Assembly: GCA_037481795.1 (NCBI GenBank)
Contig: JBBFLA010000006.1
Span: 10,910-74,909 of the forward strand
Origin: Spirochaetota bacterium
GTDB taxonomy: Bacteria; Spirochaetota; UBA4802; UB4802
Length of the DNA: 64,000 bases
Direction: 5' to 3'
Below are positions 49,916-59,010 of this stretch, in pieces. The notes below the pieces were generated by a model. That model was not told where the DNA came from, did no database searches, and worked only from the letters and a program-made list of their open reading frames with translations. Position 1 is the first letter of the stretch. Each line of letters opens with the position of its first letter. The translations under genes were made by a program, and so were the position numbers.

Positions 49916-51502
49916 TTACACAACAACATAGTTAACATCAAGAATTTCTGGTAACTGTGCAAGGTTTTCAAGCACTGCCTGCTGGATATCCTCATCTATT
50001 TCCAGTATCACCAGCGCCTTACCGCCACGGCGTGTCCGTGCCAGATGTAGGTTGGCAATATTTATATGATTTTTGCCCAAGAATGTCCCTATTGCACCAA
50101 TGACATTGGGAACATCATTATTGTGCATAACAAGCATTTTCCCAGAAGGTATAAAATCGATAAGATATTCATCACAGCGTACAACCCACGGCTGCTTTGC
50201 AATAACCGTTCCCCACAGTTCATTGGTAAGCGTACCACCTTCAGCCTTAGCCTGTACAAGGTGAGCCCAGTCACCAGATTGCGTACTTTCACCAACATGC
50301 ACCTTAATGCCACGTTCTGCTGCTATCATTGTAGCATTGACATAGTTTATAGGCCTGTCAATATAGGGCGATAGTAACCCTTTAAGGTATGCTGCTGTTA
50401 ACGGTTCCCTGCTATATTTACCAAACTCTCCAGAATAATACAGCTGAACAGAACGCACCTTGCCAGCTAACATGATTGCCTGAAATTTCCCCATGCGCTC
50501 TGCCAGATTAATAAATGGCTTGAGGAAATCATACTGCTGCATATCAACTGATGGATAATTGACACTGTCATGAATCACACCCTTTGTAAAGTAATCGATT
50601 ACAGTTTGTGCTGCCTCAATGGCTACTGAAACCTGAGCTTCATACGTGTATGCACCTAAATGAGGCGTGAGGATAACATTATCAAGCTGGTGGAATGGAG
50701 GCAGATTTTCAGGTGGTTCCTGAGTAAACACATCTAATGCTGCACCCGCTATTCGTTTTTCTTTCAATGCTTTGTATAAATCCTGTTCATTAACAATGCC
50801 TCCCCGTGCACAGTTTACAATGCGTACTGTTGGTTTTAATTTTTTTATAACATCAGCATTAATGATGTTTTTTGTTTCATCGGTTAATGGTGTATGAACG
50901 CTGATAAAGTCAGCTTTTTTCCATATTGTTTCTAAATCAACAATGTCGATATCCATAGCTGCCAATTTTTCTTTTGCTAAATAGGGGTCAAAGCCTAACA
51001 CCTGCATCCCCAAAGCCTTGCACAATTTAGCAAGCTCTGCCCCTACTCGTCCCAATCCTATAATGCCAATAACTTTACGTCGCAGTTCAACTCCTTCAAA
51101 TTTTGTCTTTTCCCATAGTTGCTTTTTCATTGATGCATCAGCCTGTGGAATGTTGCGGGCAACTGAACATATAAGTGAAAGAGCAAACTCTGCAGTGGAA
51201 ATGGTATTCCCACCTGGAGCATTGGTAACAATGATACCTTTGGCCGTGGCAGCTTCAACATCCACATTATCAACACCTATACCAGCACGGGCAATGATTT
51301 CCAATGCTTTAGCTTCTTCAATTATATCAGCTGTAACATGGGTTGCTGAACGGATAATAATAGCATGGGCATCTTCTATCTCTTTCTTTAATGCAGTTTC
51401 TTGCAGCCCTGGCCTGTATACTATATCAAAATCAGGATTGCTCTGTAAAAGCTGCAACCCTTCGGGAGCAATGTCATCGGTAATAAGAATTTTCTTTTTC
51501 AT
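49916..51502 (-). CDS. serA: D-3-phosphoglycerate dehydrogenase with C-terminal ACT domain
   Basis: NAD-binding GIIGLGRVG and a catalytic R/E/H region, plus ASB and ACT domains; 528 aa. Confidence 0.9.
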   Translation of the reverse strand: MKKKILITDDIAPEGLQLLQSNPDFDIVYRPGLQETALKKEIEDAHAIIIRSATHVTADIIEEAKALEIIARAGIGVDNVDVEAATAKGIIVTNAPGGNTISTAEFALSLICSVARNIPQADASMKKQLWEKTKFEGVELRRKVIGIIGLGRVGAELAKLCKALGMQVLGFDPYLAKEKLAAMDIDIVDLETIWKKADFISVHTPLTDETKNIINADVIKKLKPTVRIVNCARGGIVNEQDLYKALKEKRIAGAALDVFTQEPPENLPPFHQLDNVILTPHLGAYTYEAQVSVAIEAAQTVIDYFTKGVIHDSVNYPSVDMQQYDFLKPFINLAERMGKFQAIMLAGKVRSVQLYYSGEFGKYSREPLTAAYLKGLLSPYIDRPINYVNATMIAAERGIKVHVGESTQSGDWAHLVQAKAEGGTLTNELWGTVIAKQPWVVRCDEYLIDFIPSGKMLVMHNNDVPNVIGAIGTFLGKNHINIANLHLARTRRGGKALVILEIDEDIQQAVLENLAQLPEILDVNYVVV

Positions 51503-51769
51503 AGTTTTCTCCCTTAAAAAAGTAAAATTTAGTGTACTATGTCAATACCACCAAAACCTGTCAAAATAACAAAGTAATTATACCGTTTAAAAATTAGAAT
51601 TTCCATTTCACTAATACTGACAATGACTTTTATTATAATCATTCCCTGACTTCAATACATGATTGCCAGGGCCAATTAATGCACTTAACAGTCGCCAGAA
51701 CTATTCACCCTTAACTATAAAACATTTTAAATGAAATGTCAACACATAGAAATGGTTATTCAATGTAGC

Positions 51770-52681
51770 CTACTTTCTTTGCCACCACCATGCAGCAAGA
51801 GAACCTGAAATATTATGCCATATACTGAAAATTGCACCGGGCAGCGCAGCTAAAGCCTCAAAATGTACAATAGCAAGTGACACCGCAAGCCCCGAATTCT
51901 GCATACCCACTTCAATAGCAATGGTTTTTCTCACCTTGTTATCAAATCCCATTACAGTAGCAGCACCATACCCTAATGTTAACCCTACCACATTATGCAG
52001 CACTACCACAAGTATGGTAATACATCCCACAGTGTGCAGGCTAGGAGCATTTGCCGCAGTGATCCCTGCTATAATAGTAACTATCGCCACAACTGATACC
52101 GAAGGAAGCACCATTAACACACGGTCAATATATTTTTTTAAAAGAATCCGAACCATAATGCCCAATGCAACCGGCACAATAATAACCTGTACAATAGAAA
52201 TAACCATGGAAATAAGTGGAACCGGCACCCACCGCCCGGCAAGAAGGTACGTTAACAGAGGGGTCAGAGCAGGTGAAAGCACAGTGCTTGCAGTAGTCAT
52301 TGCCACAGAAAGCGCTACATCACCTTTTGCTAAGTACGTAATAACATTGGAGGCGGTTCCTCCGGGGCATGTGCCAACCAGAATCACACCAATGGCAAGC
52401 AGCGGCGGTAGATGAAAAAGCATACACAAAAGCCAGGCAACAAGCGGCATGATAATAAACTGCGCCACCACACCGGTAACAAGCGCCAGCGGGTATTTTA
52501 TCACCACAACAAAGTCAGAGGGCTCTAACGTTATGCCCATTCCAAACATAATTATTCCTAAAAAAAGCGGTATGTAGTTTACCAGAGGTTTAAACGCCAA
52601 AGGGAAATAATACCCGCATAACGATAACAGAACAACCCATACTAAAAAATATTTTTCAATGATGTGTGTAAACCTGAGCAT
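51770..52681 (-). CDS. bile acid:sodium symporter (BASS) family transporter
   Basis: About 9 TM with BASS-like repeats. Confidence 0.65.
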   Translation of the reverse strand: MLRFTHIIEKYFLVWVVLLSLCGYYFPLAFKPLVNYIPLFLGIIMFGMGITLEPSDFVVVIKYPLALVTGVVAQFIIMPLVAWLLCMLFHLPPLLAIGVILVGTCPGGTASNVITYLAKGDVALSVAMTTASTVLSPALTPLLTYLLAGRWVPVPLISMVISIVQVIIVPVALGIMVRILLKKYIDRVLMVLPSVSVVAIVTIIAGITAANAPSLHTVGCITILVVVLHNVVGLTLGYGAATVMGFDNKVRKTIAIEVGMQNSGLAVSLAIVHFEALAALPGAIFSIWHNISGSLAAWWWQRK

Positions 52682-52803
52682 ATAGGTGTACCATCTAAAA
52701 AAGGGTGGCGATAGTTACTGGTAAGAAATACCGTATGCACAATAAAATTTTTGTACCATTTACTTCTATTTTGTTTACGCAATCATATATATAGAAAATC
52801 ATG

Positions 52804-52875
52804 CGCTCTCCCCGGGAATCGAACCCAGACGCACGGCTCCGGAGGCCGACGCTCTATCCATTGAGCTAGGAGAGC
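52804..52875 (-). tRNA. tRNA-Arg (anticodon CCG)
   Basis: Reverse complement is GCTCTCC-TA-GCTC-AATGGATA-GAGC-G-TCGGC-CTCCGGA-GCCGT-GCGT-CTGGG-TTCGATT-CCCGG-GGAGAGC-G. Perfect 7-bp acceptor stem, TPsiCGAUU loop and anticodon loop CU-CCG-GA. CCA is not encoded. Confidence 0.85.
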
Positions 52876-52952
52876 ACATATACCATATATGGGCATATAT
52901 ACCAGAAGAGCTTTATATGTGTCAAGATTATTTGAGATACTGTAGAGTAGTT

Positions 52953-53216
52953 TTAACGCAATCGATATTCTTTAGCAATATCCTCTATAGTTTGAATTGA
53001 ATGTGGCAATACTGTATCCGGCACATAACCATATTTCTGCATACATTGAAATCGTTTGCACTGATTACGGCCTTCAATACCAGCTTCACAATAGAAAGAT
53101 TTAAAAACTTTTGTGGTTACAACCATATCCTGTAAAATACCCGTAAATATTGGGCATTTATCTGCATATTGACATTTATCCTTCATAGTCGCAATCGTGA
53201 ATATTTCTTTATACAA
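52953..53216 (-). CDS. Cys-rich small protein (paralog of 18201..18443)
   Basis: CQYADKCP...YCEAG...CKRFQCMQKYGYVPDTVLP; same Cys spacing and a KYG..P..P tail as the queC-adjacent protein. Confidence 0.4.
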   Translation of the reverse strand: MYKEIFTIATMKDKCQYADKCPIFTGILQDMVVTTKVFKSFYCEAGIEGRNQCKRFQCMQKYGYVPDTVLPHSIQTIEDIAKEYRLR

Positions 53217-53644
53217 CCTTAATTACAACAATGATTCATGTACTGTTTTATTAATATCACTTATTTACGAATTATTCAATTATAATAAATTTAAAAACAA
53301 AACCCTCTTTTTATACAATACCTATGGTATATAACAAAATTTTTTCATTTTTAAAAATTATATCCATACCATTCCGTCTTTTAGTATAAAACATTTTGTT
53401 ATATCATACAGAGTATGGGGAGTACGCAGGTAATAGGTAATACATAGCAAACAGAATGATACACATTTCTTGGTATGAAAAAAAGCAAAGAATAATACTG
53501 CACAATAAAATAATAATATACACTATACATTATATAGACATGAATAAAGGAATTTTTTAAAGGATTAATACAAAATTTTTTTGTTTTTTTTGCCGATATA
53601 CGCTATAAATATACTTGACAAGTAAGCAACAAAATTTTTTTTGG

Positions 53645-53727
53645 TGCTATACTTTCCTCCAATTTAATGATTGGCGAACCTCCAAATTCTCTTTAGAGGG
53701 GAACCCTCTTCCCCTCTACTTTTTTAT
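53645..53727 (+). ncRNA. candidate small RNA: extended -10 promoter (TGCTATACT) and intrinsic terminator (AGAGGGG-aaccctctt-CCCCTCT + T6), transcript of about 65 nt
   Basis: TGnTATACT at 53645-53653. Internal hairpin CCAAT-ttaatg-ATTGG and two CCUCC tracts. Terminator stem at 53695-53717 followed by TTTTTTATT. No coding potential with an RBS on this strand. Confidence 0.3.
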
Positions 53728-53755
53728 TACGAGTGATGTGAAAAGATCAAAGATA

Positions 53756-53899
53756 TTAATAAAATCCCTGGTATTCGTTGCGGGAAATGCGGTACTTTCG
53801 TCTATAATACTTGACAATGGCAGGCTTGATCATAAGGTAGCTGGCAATTATCCTGTCAGGCCAACCATATTCCAGGAGTTTTATAATTGTTTTTCTCAT
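53756..53899 (-). CDS. 47-aa helix-turn-helix protein (transposase-N-terminal-like HTH or small regulator); not in ORF track
   Basis: MRKTIIKLLEYGWPDRIIASYLMIKPAIVKYYRRKYRISRNEYQGFY. Perfect SD AAGGAGG with a 5-nt spacer. HTH-like G-W-x-x-IA-x-x-L-x-I-x-x-x-x-V-x-x-Y-x-R-K pattern. Confidence 0.35.
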   Translation of the reverse strand: MRKTIIKLLEYGWPDRIIASYLMIKPAIVKYYRRKYRISRNEYQGFY

Positions 53900-54109
53900 G
53901 CTTTCCTCCTTGATTTTTGGGCAGACTATTCCGTTGGATTTATATTATAAGTAATTATAAATTTTGCAAGCTTTTTTTAGTAAAAAATTTAAAAATTTTT
54001 CCGATATATATAGTTTTGGCACAAAAATTTTATGTCACATTAGAATGGGTAATACAATCAACACCCCATCTCTTCTTTATGGCAGGGATGTTTATTAATT
54101 TGATAATAA

Positions 54110-54236
54110 GAGAACTTTTAAAAACTATTTTTTTTGTATGTTCCCTTGTGGGCACAATATATTTAGGATAAAACTGCTTTCTATTATATGAATAATTTTG
54201 GAAAAAAGCAGTTTTTAGAGGTGCCCATAAATAATA
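54110..54236 (+). repeat. direct repeat copy A (about 125 nt) with nested inverted repeats
   Basis: Shares a near-identical 5' half with copy B (GAACTTTTAAAAACTATTTTTTT..GATGTTCCCTTGTGGGCACAATATAT.TAGGATAAA). Outer inverted repeat TGGGCAC (54149-54155) / GTGCCCA (54221-54227). Inner hairpin AACTGCTTT...AAAGCAGTT followed by TTTTT. Confidence 0.6.
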
Positions 54237-54300
54237 CTTGTTTTTTAACCTGTTATTTTGTAGTGTATCCTGCATAAACAAAGTAGTGCGTAAAAAATAA

Positions 54301-54423
54301 GGGAACTTTTAAAAACTATTTTTTTGGATGTTCCCTTGTGGGCACAATATATTAGGATAAAGCCGCTTTCTTTTTATTGTATCCGTAATGATAAAATCGG
54401 TTTTTTTACAGGTGCCCATAAAT
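54301..54423 (+). repeat. direct repeat copy B (about 123 nt), ends 25 nt upstream of bactofilin ATG
   Basis: Same outer inverted repeat (TGGGCAC 54339-54345 / GTGCCCA 54412-54418). Inner hairpin AAGCCGCTTT...AAATCGGTTT has a U-A to C-G compensatory change relative to copy A, followed by TTTTTTT. Confidence 0.6.
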
Positions 54424-54447
54424 ATTATATTGATAAATAATAGGAAT

Positions 54448-54807
54448 ATGGCACGGACAAATAAATTTAATATCGAAGACAATATTGTTAACAGTATCAT
54501 AGGCGAAGGTTCTGAATTCAAAGGCGAATTCAACATTAACGGACTTTTGCGTATAGATGGCAAATTCAAGGGAACTATCGCCACTGATGGGAAGGTGCTT
54601 ATTGGGCAAACAGGCGAAGCCATAACCGACATCAAGGCACGCGTGGTGGTGATAGGGGGCACTGTGAAAGGCAATATCTATGCCACTGAGCGGGTGATTA
54701 TGTTGTCAACAGGCACCATACATGGCAATGTCATAACGCCAAGCCTTATCATGGAAGATGGTGTCATCTTTGAGGGTAACTGCACTATAAACAAGAGGCA
54801 GGAATGA
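54448..54807 (+). CDS. bactofilin (second paralog in window)
   Basis: Beta-helical repeat pattern GKFKGTIATDGKVLIGQTGEAITDIKARVVVIGGTVKGNIYATERVIM. ATG 54448 rather than the ORF-track start at 54388. Confidence 0.75.
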   Translation: MARTNKFNIEDNIVNSIIGEGSEFKGEFNINGLLRIDGKFKGTIATDGKVLIGQTGEAITDIKARVVVIGGTVKGNIYATERVIMLSTGTIHGNVITPSLIMEDGVIFEGNCTINKRQE

Positions 54808-54808
54808 C

Positions 54809-55252
54809 ATGATTGAGATAGTACCCCCAAACCCCAAGAAAGAAGAACAAAAAATTGTTAAACGCAAAAAAGGCACAAAATCCGCCGGCGTGCATTCAAC
54901 ATTCAGATCCACCTTTGAGGGAACTCTTGAATTTTTGCTGCCTGAAACCTTAGATGAACTTCTTGAAGATTTAAAAGACCAGGAAAAAAAATTTATGGCC
55001 GATCCCTCATTGTACAACATGCAGCGGTACAAGGCACTGGTTCAGCGTATACTAAAAATCCTTGTGAGCGAAGAATATGTGGTAAACACGTTACAACGAA
55101 AACGCCGCGATCGTGCTGATTTTGTGGTTATACAGCAAATACAGAATAAGCTTGAAGAGATAACAAAAGCCTATATAACAAACAACAAGGCTTTTGATAT
55201 ATTAAAAGCCTTTGATGAAATCAGAGGATTAATCCTGGACCTTACCCACTAA
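54809..55252 (+). CDS. YaaR-like DUF327 protein
   Basis: Size and position immediately upstream of holB-yaaT, as in Bacillus; helical, with a conserved central LYNMQRYKALVQRIL region. Confidence 0.55.
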   Translation: MIEIVPPNPKKEEQKIVKRKKGTKSAGVHSTFRSTFEGTLEFLLPETLDELLEDLKDQEKKFMADPSLYNMQRYKALVQRILKILVSEEYVVNTLQRKRRDRADFVVIQQIQNKLEEITKAYITNNKAFDILKAFDEIRGLILDLTH

Positions 55253-55256
55253 AACC

Positions 55257-56189
55257 ATGACACAAATTTTAGGCAATACTGTTCAGCAATCAATATTATT
55301 GCACGCTGCCAGCAACAACATCCTCCCCCATTCTTTGCTTTTTTCAGGGCTGGAAGGCATTGGCAAAAAACTTTGTGCAATTAAACTGGCCAAAACAATG
55401 CTATGTGCCAGTGGCAATGCGTGCAACACCTGTCCTTCATGCAGGCAAATAGATCATGCCACACACCCCGACGTTATCATAATTGAACCCAATGAAAAAG
55501 GGAACATCCCCATCGGCAGCGACGAACAGGAAGGAAGTATACGATGGCTTATTGGTCGCGTGAATTTAGCTTCCCTTAACCAGAAACGAGTCATCATCAT
55601 TAATGATGCTCATTGCATGAACATTCAGTCCCAAAATGCATTGCTCAAAACCATTGAAGAACCACCAGCACATACGTTTATTATCCTTATTAGCTCTGAA
55701 CGCAATCAACTGCTGCCAACCATACGTTCCCGTGTTACGGAATATGTCTTTCATCCTTTAAGCGATAGCGACCTCGTGTCCATCCTGCAAAATAGTGGCA
55801 TTGACAGGCAAACATATGATTCCATCATCCCCGTTGCAGGAGGGTCCGCTTCCTATGCTCTGACCCTTGCTCGTGATACTCTCTTTTCACAGCTTAAAGA
55901 AGCATACAGCGCTATAGCCAGCTTTCTATGTCAACCTGAAGTTTTTTCCTATGATCTATCGCCCATAATTCAGGAAATTGGTGCATACAGAACAGTTGAC
56001 CTTTTGATTAATATATTCAGACTGCACTGCACTAAAAACGCGGTGCCGTGGTTACACAGCGCACTTGACCAAACGCAAGCTGTAGAAATTATTAAAATAT
56101 TACTTGAACTGCGAAAGGGTATTTCCCACAATATTAATATTAGAATGGCACTTAAAGGTATGCTATACTCTTTATGTTTTACTAAATAA
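55257..56189 (+). CDS. holB: DNA polymerase III delta-prime subunit
   Basis: HSLLFSGLEGIGK Walker-A-like motif, a CxxCxxC Zn module (CNTCPSCRQ) and a SRVTEY sensor-2 like motif. Confidence 0.8.
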   Translation: MTQILGNTVQQSILLHAASNNILPHSLLFSGLEGIGKKLCAIKLAKTMLCASGNACNTCPSCRQIDHATHPDVIIIEPNEKGNIPIGSDEQEGSIRWLIGRVNLASLNQKRVIIINDAHCMNIQSQNALLKTIEEPPAHTFIILISSERNQLLPTIRSRVTEYVFHPLSDSDLVSILQNSGIDRQTYDSIIPVAGGSASYALTLARDTLFSQLKEAYSAIASFLCQPEVFSYDLSPIIQEIGAYRTVDLLINIFRLHCTKNAVPWLHSALDQTQAVEIIKILLELRKGISHNINIRMALKGMLYSLCFTK

Positions 56190-56210
56190 TTTTTTTGCGA
56201 AGGTTTACCT

Positions 56211-57074
56211 ATGGATATAACAGGTGTAAAACTTAGATGCAGCCAGCAGGTTTATTATGTATATACAAACAATCTTTTTGTTCGTCGTAATTCCCTGTGT
56301 GTTGTGGAAACGGAACATGGTATAGATATTGGCAGGGTTTTTAAGAAACTTACTTCCTTGCCCGATGAATCAATAAAGGTGACAGGGAAGCTTTTACGCC
56401 TTGCCACACAGGAAGATTTAAACCTTTTGCCTCAGATTGAGGCTCTGGAAGACAGGGCTTTTGCGGTGTGCAAGGAAAAAATCATTGAAAAAAAATTAGA
56501 GATGAAACTTGTCATGGTGAAAAGCCTTTTTGATAAAACCAAGATTATCTTCTATTTTGTGGCTGACGGGCGTATTGACTTCAGGGAACTGGTGCGGGAT
56601 TTAGCTGCAGTTTTCAGGACACGCATTGAGATGCGACAGATTGGCGTGCGTGATGAAGCGCGCATGTGCGGCGGGTATGGAACCTGTGGCAGGCAGCTGT
56701 GCTGTGTTAACCTGAAAGAAGAATTTGAACCGGTTTCCATCAAAATGGCAAAAGACCAGAATATGAATTTGCACTCACTGAAAATTTCCGGCATGTGCGG
56801 AAGGTTACTATGTTGTCTTGGATATGAATATCACATTTATCGTGAGATTAATGAATCATTGCCAAGCCCGGGTTTCCAGTTTATTGTCAATAATATTCCG
56901 TTTGTGGTGGAAGCTATTGATAGCTTAAAAGAATCATTAATACTGAGGCATAACTCCAATACTGTTGCCATTCACAGGGATGAAATCAGCAATATGAATG
57001 GGACATTTGTATTAAGCGATACAGCAATTGAAAAATTAAAACATTCACTGGAAGTTGTTACTGAAGAGGTATAA
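56211..57074 (+). CDS. ricT: PSP1-domain protein (YaaT/RicT-like)
   Basis: PSP1 C-terminal conserved region with Cys clusters (CGGYGTCGRQLCC, GMCGRLLCC). Confidence 0.8.
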   Translation: MDITGVKLRCSQQVYYVYTNNLFVRRNSLCVVETEHGIDIGRVFKKLTSLPDESIKVTGKLLRLATQEDLNLLPQIEALEDRAFAVCKEKIIEKKLEMKLVMVKSLFDKTKIIFYFVADGRIDFRELVRDLAAVFRTRIEMRQIGVRDEARMCGGYGTCGRQLCCVNLKEEFEPVSIKMAKDQNMNLHSLKISGMCGRLLCCLGYEYHIYREINESLPSPGFQFIVNNIPFVVEAIDSLKESLILRHNSNTVAIHRDEISNMNGTFVLSDTAIEKLKHSLEVVTEEV

Positions 57075-57077
57075 TTA

Positions 57078-58994
57078 ATGGAAAAGCGCTTTTATGTTAC
57101 TACGCCTATTTACTATGTCAATGCTGAACCACATATAGGCCATGCCTATACTACCATAGTGGCTGATTTTGTAACACGCCTGTATAAAATGCGTGGCTAT
57201 GAAACCTTCTTTTTAACCGGCACCGATGAACATGGCGACAAGATAGTCAAAGCTGCCATGCAGAACAATGCTAACCCCCAGGAATACACTGACAAAATAA
57301 GTGCCATCTTCAAGAAGCAGTGGCAGTCAATGGGCCTGGAGTTTAACGATTTTATCCGCACCACTGAAGAGCGTCATAAAAAAGTGGTGCAGTACGTATT
57401 GCAAAAAGTGTATGATAATGGCGACATATACTTTGGAAGCTACGGGGGTTTTTACTGCTTTGGCTGCGAGCGCTATTTTACCGAAAAAGAGATGGTTGAT
57501 GGCAAATGTCCCGATCATCAAAAACCTCTGGAATTTATTAAAGAAGATAATTACTTCTTTAAAATGAGCAAATATCAGCAATGGCTGATTAATTATATTA
57601 ATGAACATCCCGACTTTATACGGCCTGAACGCTATAAAAACGAAGTACTGGCAATGCTTGAAGGTGAGGCACTGGAGGATTTATGCATTTCACGCCCCAG
57701 GGCACGTCTTTCATGGGGTATACCGCTTCCCTTTGACAACAACTTTGTAACGTATGTGTGGTTTGACGCCCTCATTAATTATATCAGTGCTATTGGGTAT
57801 CCCGACAGTGACCTGTTTAAAAAATTCTGGCCTGTATCCAACCATATCATTGCAAAGGATATTGTTAAACCACATGGTGTGTTCTGGCCAACCATGCTGA
57901 AAGCTGCAGGCATTGAGCCTTACCAGCACCTCAATGTCCATGGCTACTGGAATATGGAAGCTGCAAAAATGTCAAAGTCATTAGGCAACGTGGTAACACC
58001 ATCACAGCTCTTAGAAAAATATGGCAATGACGAAATCCGGTATTTCTTTTTACGGGAAATGACGTTTGGGCTTGATGCAAAATTTTCAGAAGAGGCGATA
58101 ATTAATCGTATTAACTATGACCTTGCAAATGATTTAGGTAATCTAATAAACCGCACCTTTAACATGGTACAGAAATACTGCGATGCTAAAGTGCCACCAT
58201 TTCATGGCGACAGCCCCGCAGGAAGAACTGACATGCAGAAGGCACTGAATGATGCAATGAACCATTATTTTAATTATATTGATGGCTTCCAGTTTAACCT
58301 GGCGCTTGAGCGTCTGTGGGATTTTATACGCTACTGCAATAAATATATAGATGAACATAAACCATGGCAGTTAGCCAATGAGGGGAACACCAGGCAACTT
58401 CAGTCCCTTCTGAGGAACCTGTTAGAAGGAATCTATGCAATAGCATGCCTCCTTGCCCCGGTGTGCATCACCAAATCACCTGTCATCATGAAATCACTCA
58501 AGGCTCCTCTACAGTATCCAGTTGAACAACTTGTAAACTTAATGGCCCTTACCGAAGGCAGCATCATTGATAATCCAGGCATACTGTTCCCACGATTAGA
58601 AAAGGAAAATGATAAGGCATCACAAAAAGCCAAAAAAGAGGAAAAACCTATGGAACAAACAGAAGGCCTCATTGACATCAAGGATTTTATGAAGGTTGAA
58701 CTCCGTATCGCAAAGGTATTGCAGGCACAGGCTGTTGAAGGCTCAAATAAACTCATTGAATTACAGATAGATACTGGCAAGGATACTCGCACTATTGTTG
58801 CGGGGCTTGCACCTCATTATACTCCTGAATATCTTGTTGGGAAAAAGATCATTGTTGTGGCAAATCTTAAACCAGCCACATTGTTTAAACGAACATCACA
58901 CGGGATGCTTTTGGCGGCTAAACTTACAAAAGATGATAAACCCATTTTGATTGAAGTTAATGATACAGTGCCGGTTGGTGCAGTACTCAGTTAA
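57078..58994 (+). CDS. metG: methionyl-tRNA synthetase with C-terminal tRNA-binding (EMAP/Trbp111-like) domain
   Basis: HIGH motif (PHIGHAYT), KMSKS (KMSKSLGN) and a Zn knuckle CFGCERYF...CPDH. Confidence 0.95.
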   Translation: MEKRFYVTTPIYYVNAEPHIGHAYTTIVADFVTRLYKMRGYETFFLTGTDEHGDKIVKAAMQNNANPQEYTDKISAIFKKQWQSMGLEFNDFIRTTEERHKKVVQYVLQKVYDNGDIYFGSYGGFYCFGCERYFTEKEMVDGKCPDHQKPLEFIKEDNYFFKMSKYQQWLINYINEHPDFIRPERYKNEVLAMLEGEALEDLCISRPRARLSWGIPLPFDNNFVTYVWFDALINYISAIGYPDSDLFKKFWPVSNHIIAKDIVKPHGVFWPTMLKAAGIEPYQHLNVHGYWNMEAAKMSKSLGNVVTPSQLLEKYGNDEIRYFFLREMTFGLDAKFSEEAIINRINYDLANDLGNLINRTFNMVQKYCDAKVPPFHGDSPAGRTDMQKALNDAMNHYFNYIDGFQFNLALERLWDFIRYCNKYIDEHKPWQLANEGNTRQLQSLLRNLLEGIYAIACLLAPVCITKSPVIMKSLKAPLQYPVEQLVNLMALTEGSIIDNPGILFPRLEKENDKASQKAKKEEKPMEQTEGLIDIKDFMKVELRIAKVLQAQAVEGSNKLIELQIDTGKDTRTIVAGLAPHYTPEYLVGKKIIVVANLKPATLFKRTSHGMLLAAKLTKDDKPILIEVNDTVPVGAVLS

Positions 58995-59010
58995 TACACC
59001 TTGAGGATAT

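Noticed and set aside
53615-53653. Classical -35/-10 promoter TTGACA ... TATACT
   Set aside because: The spacer is 27 nt, which is incompatible. An extended -10 (TGCTATACT) is the better reading.
52804-53750. Integrated element at the tRNA-Arg 3' end
   Set aside because: The gene-poor island lies on the 5' side of the tRNA, not at its 3' end, and no integrase or att-like direct repeat of the tRNA 3' end was found.
53615-54674. Four ORF-track ORFs (111, 84, 83, 121 aa) in the tRNA-adjacent island
   Set aside because: They overlap on both strands, are low complexity, and follow the direct repeats and terminator hairpins. None has an SD, whereas a better small gene (47-aa HTH) is on the opposite strand.
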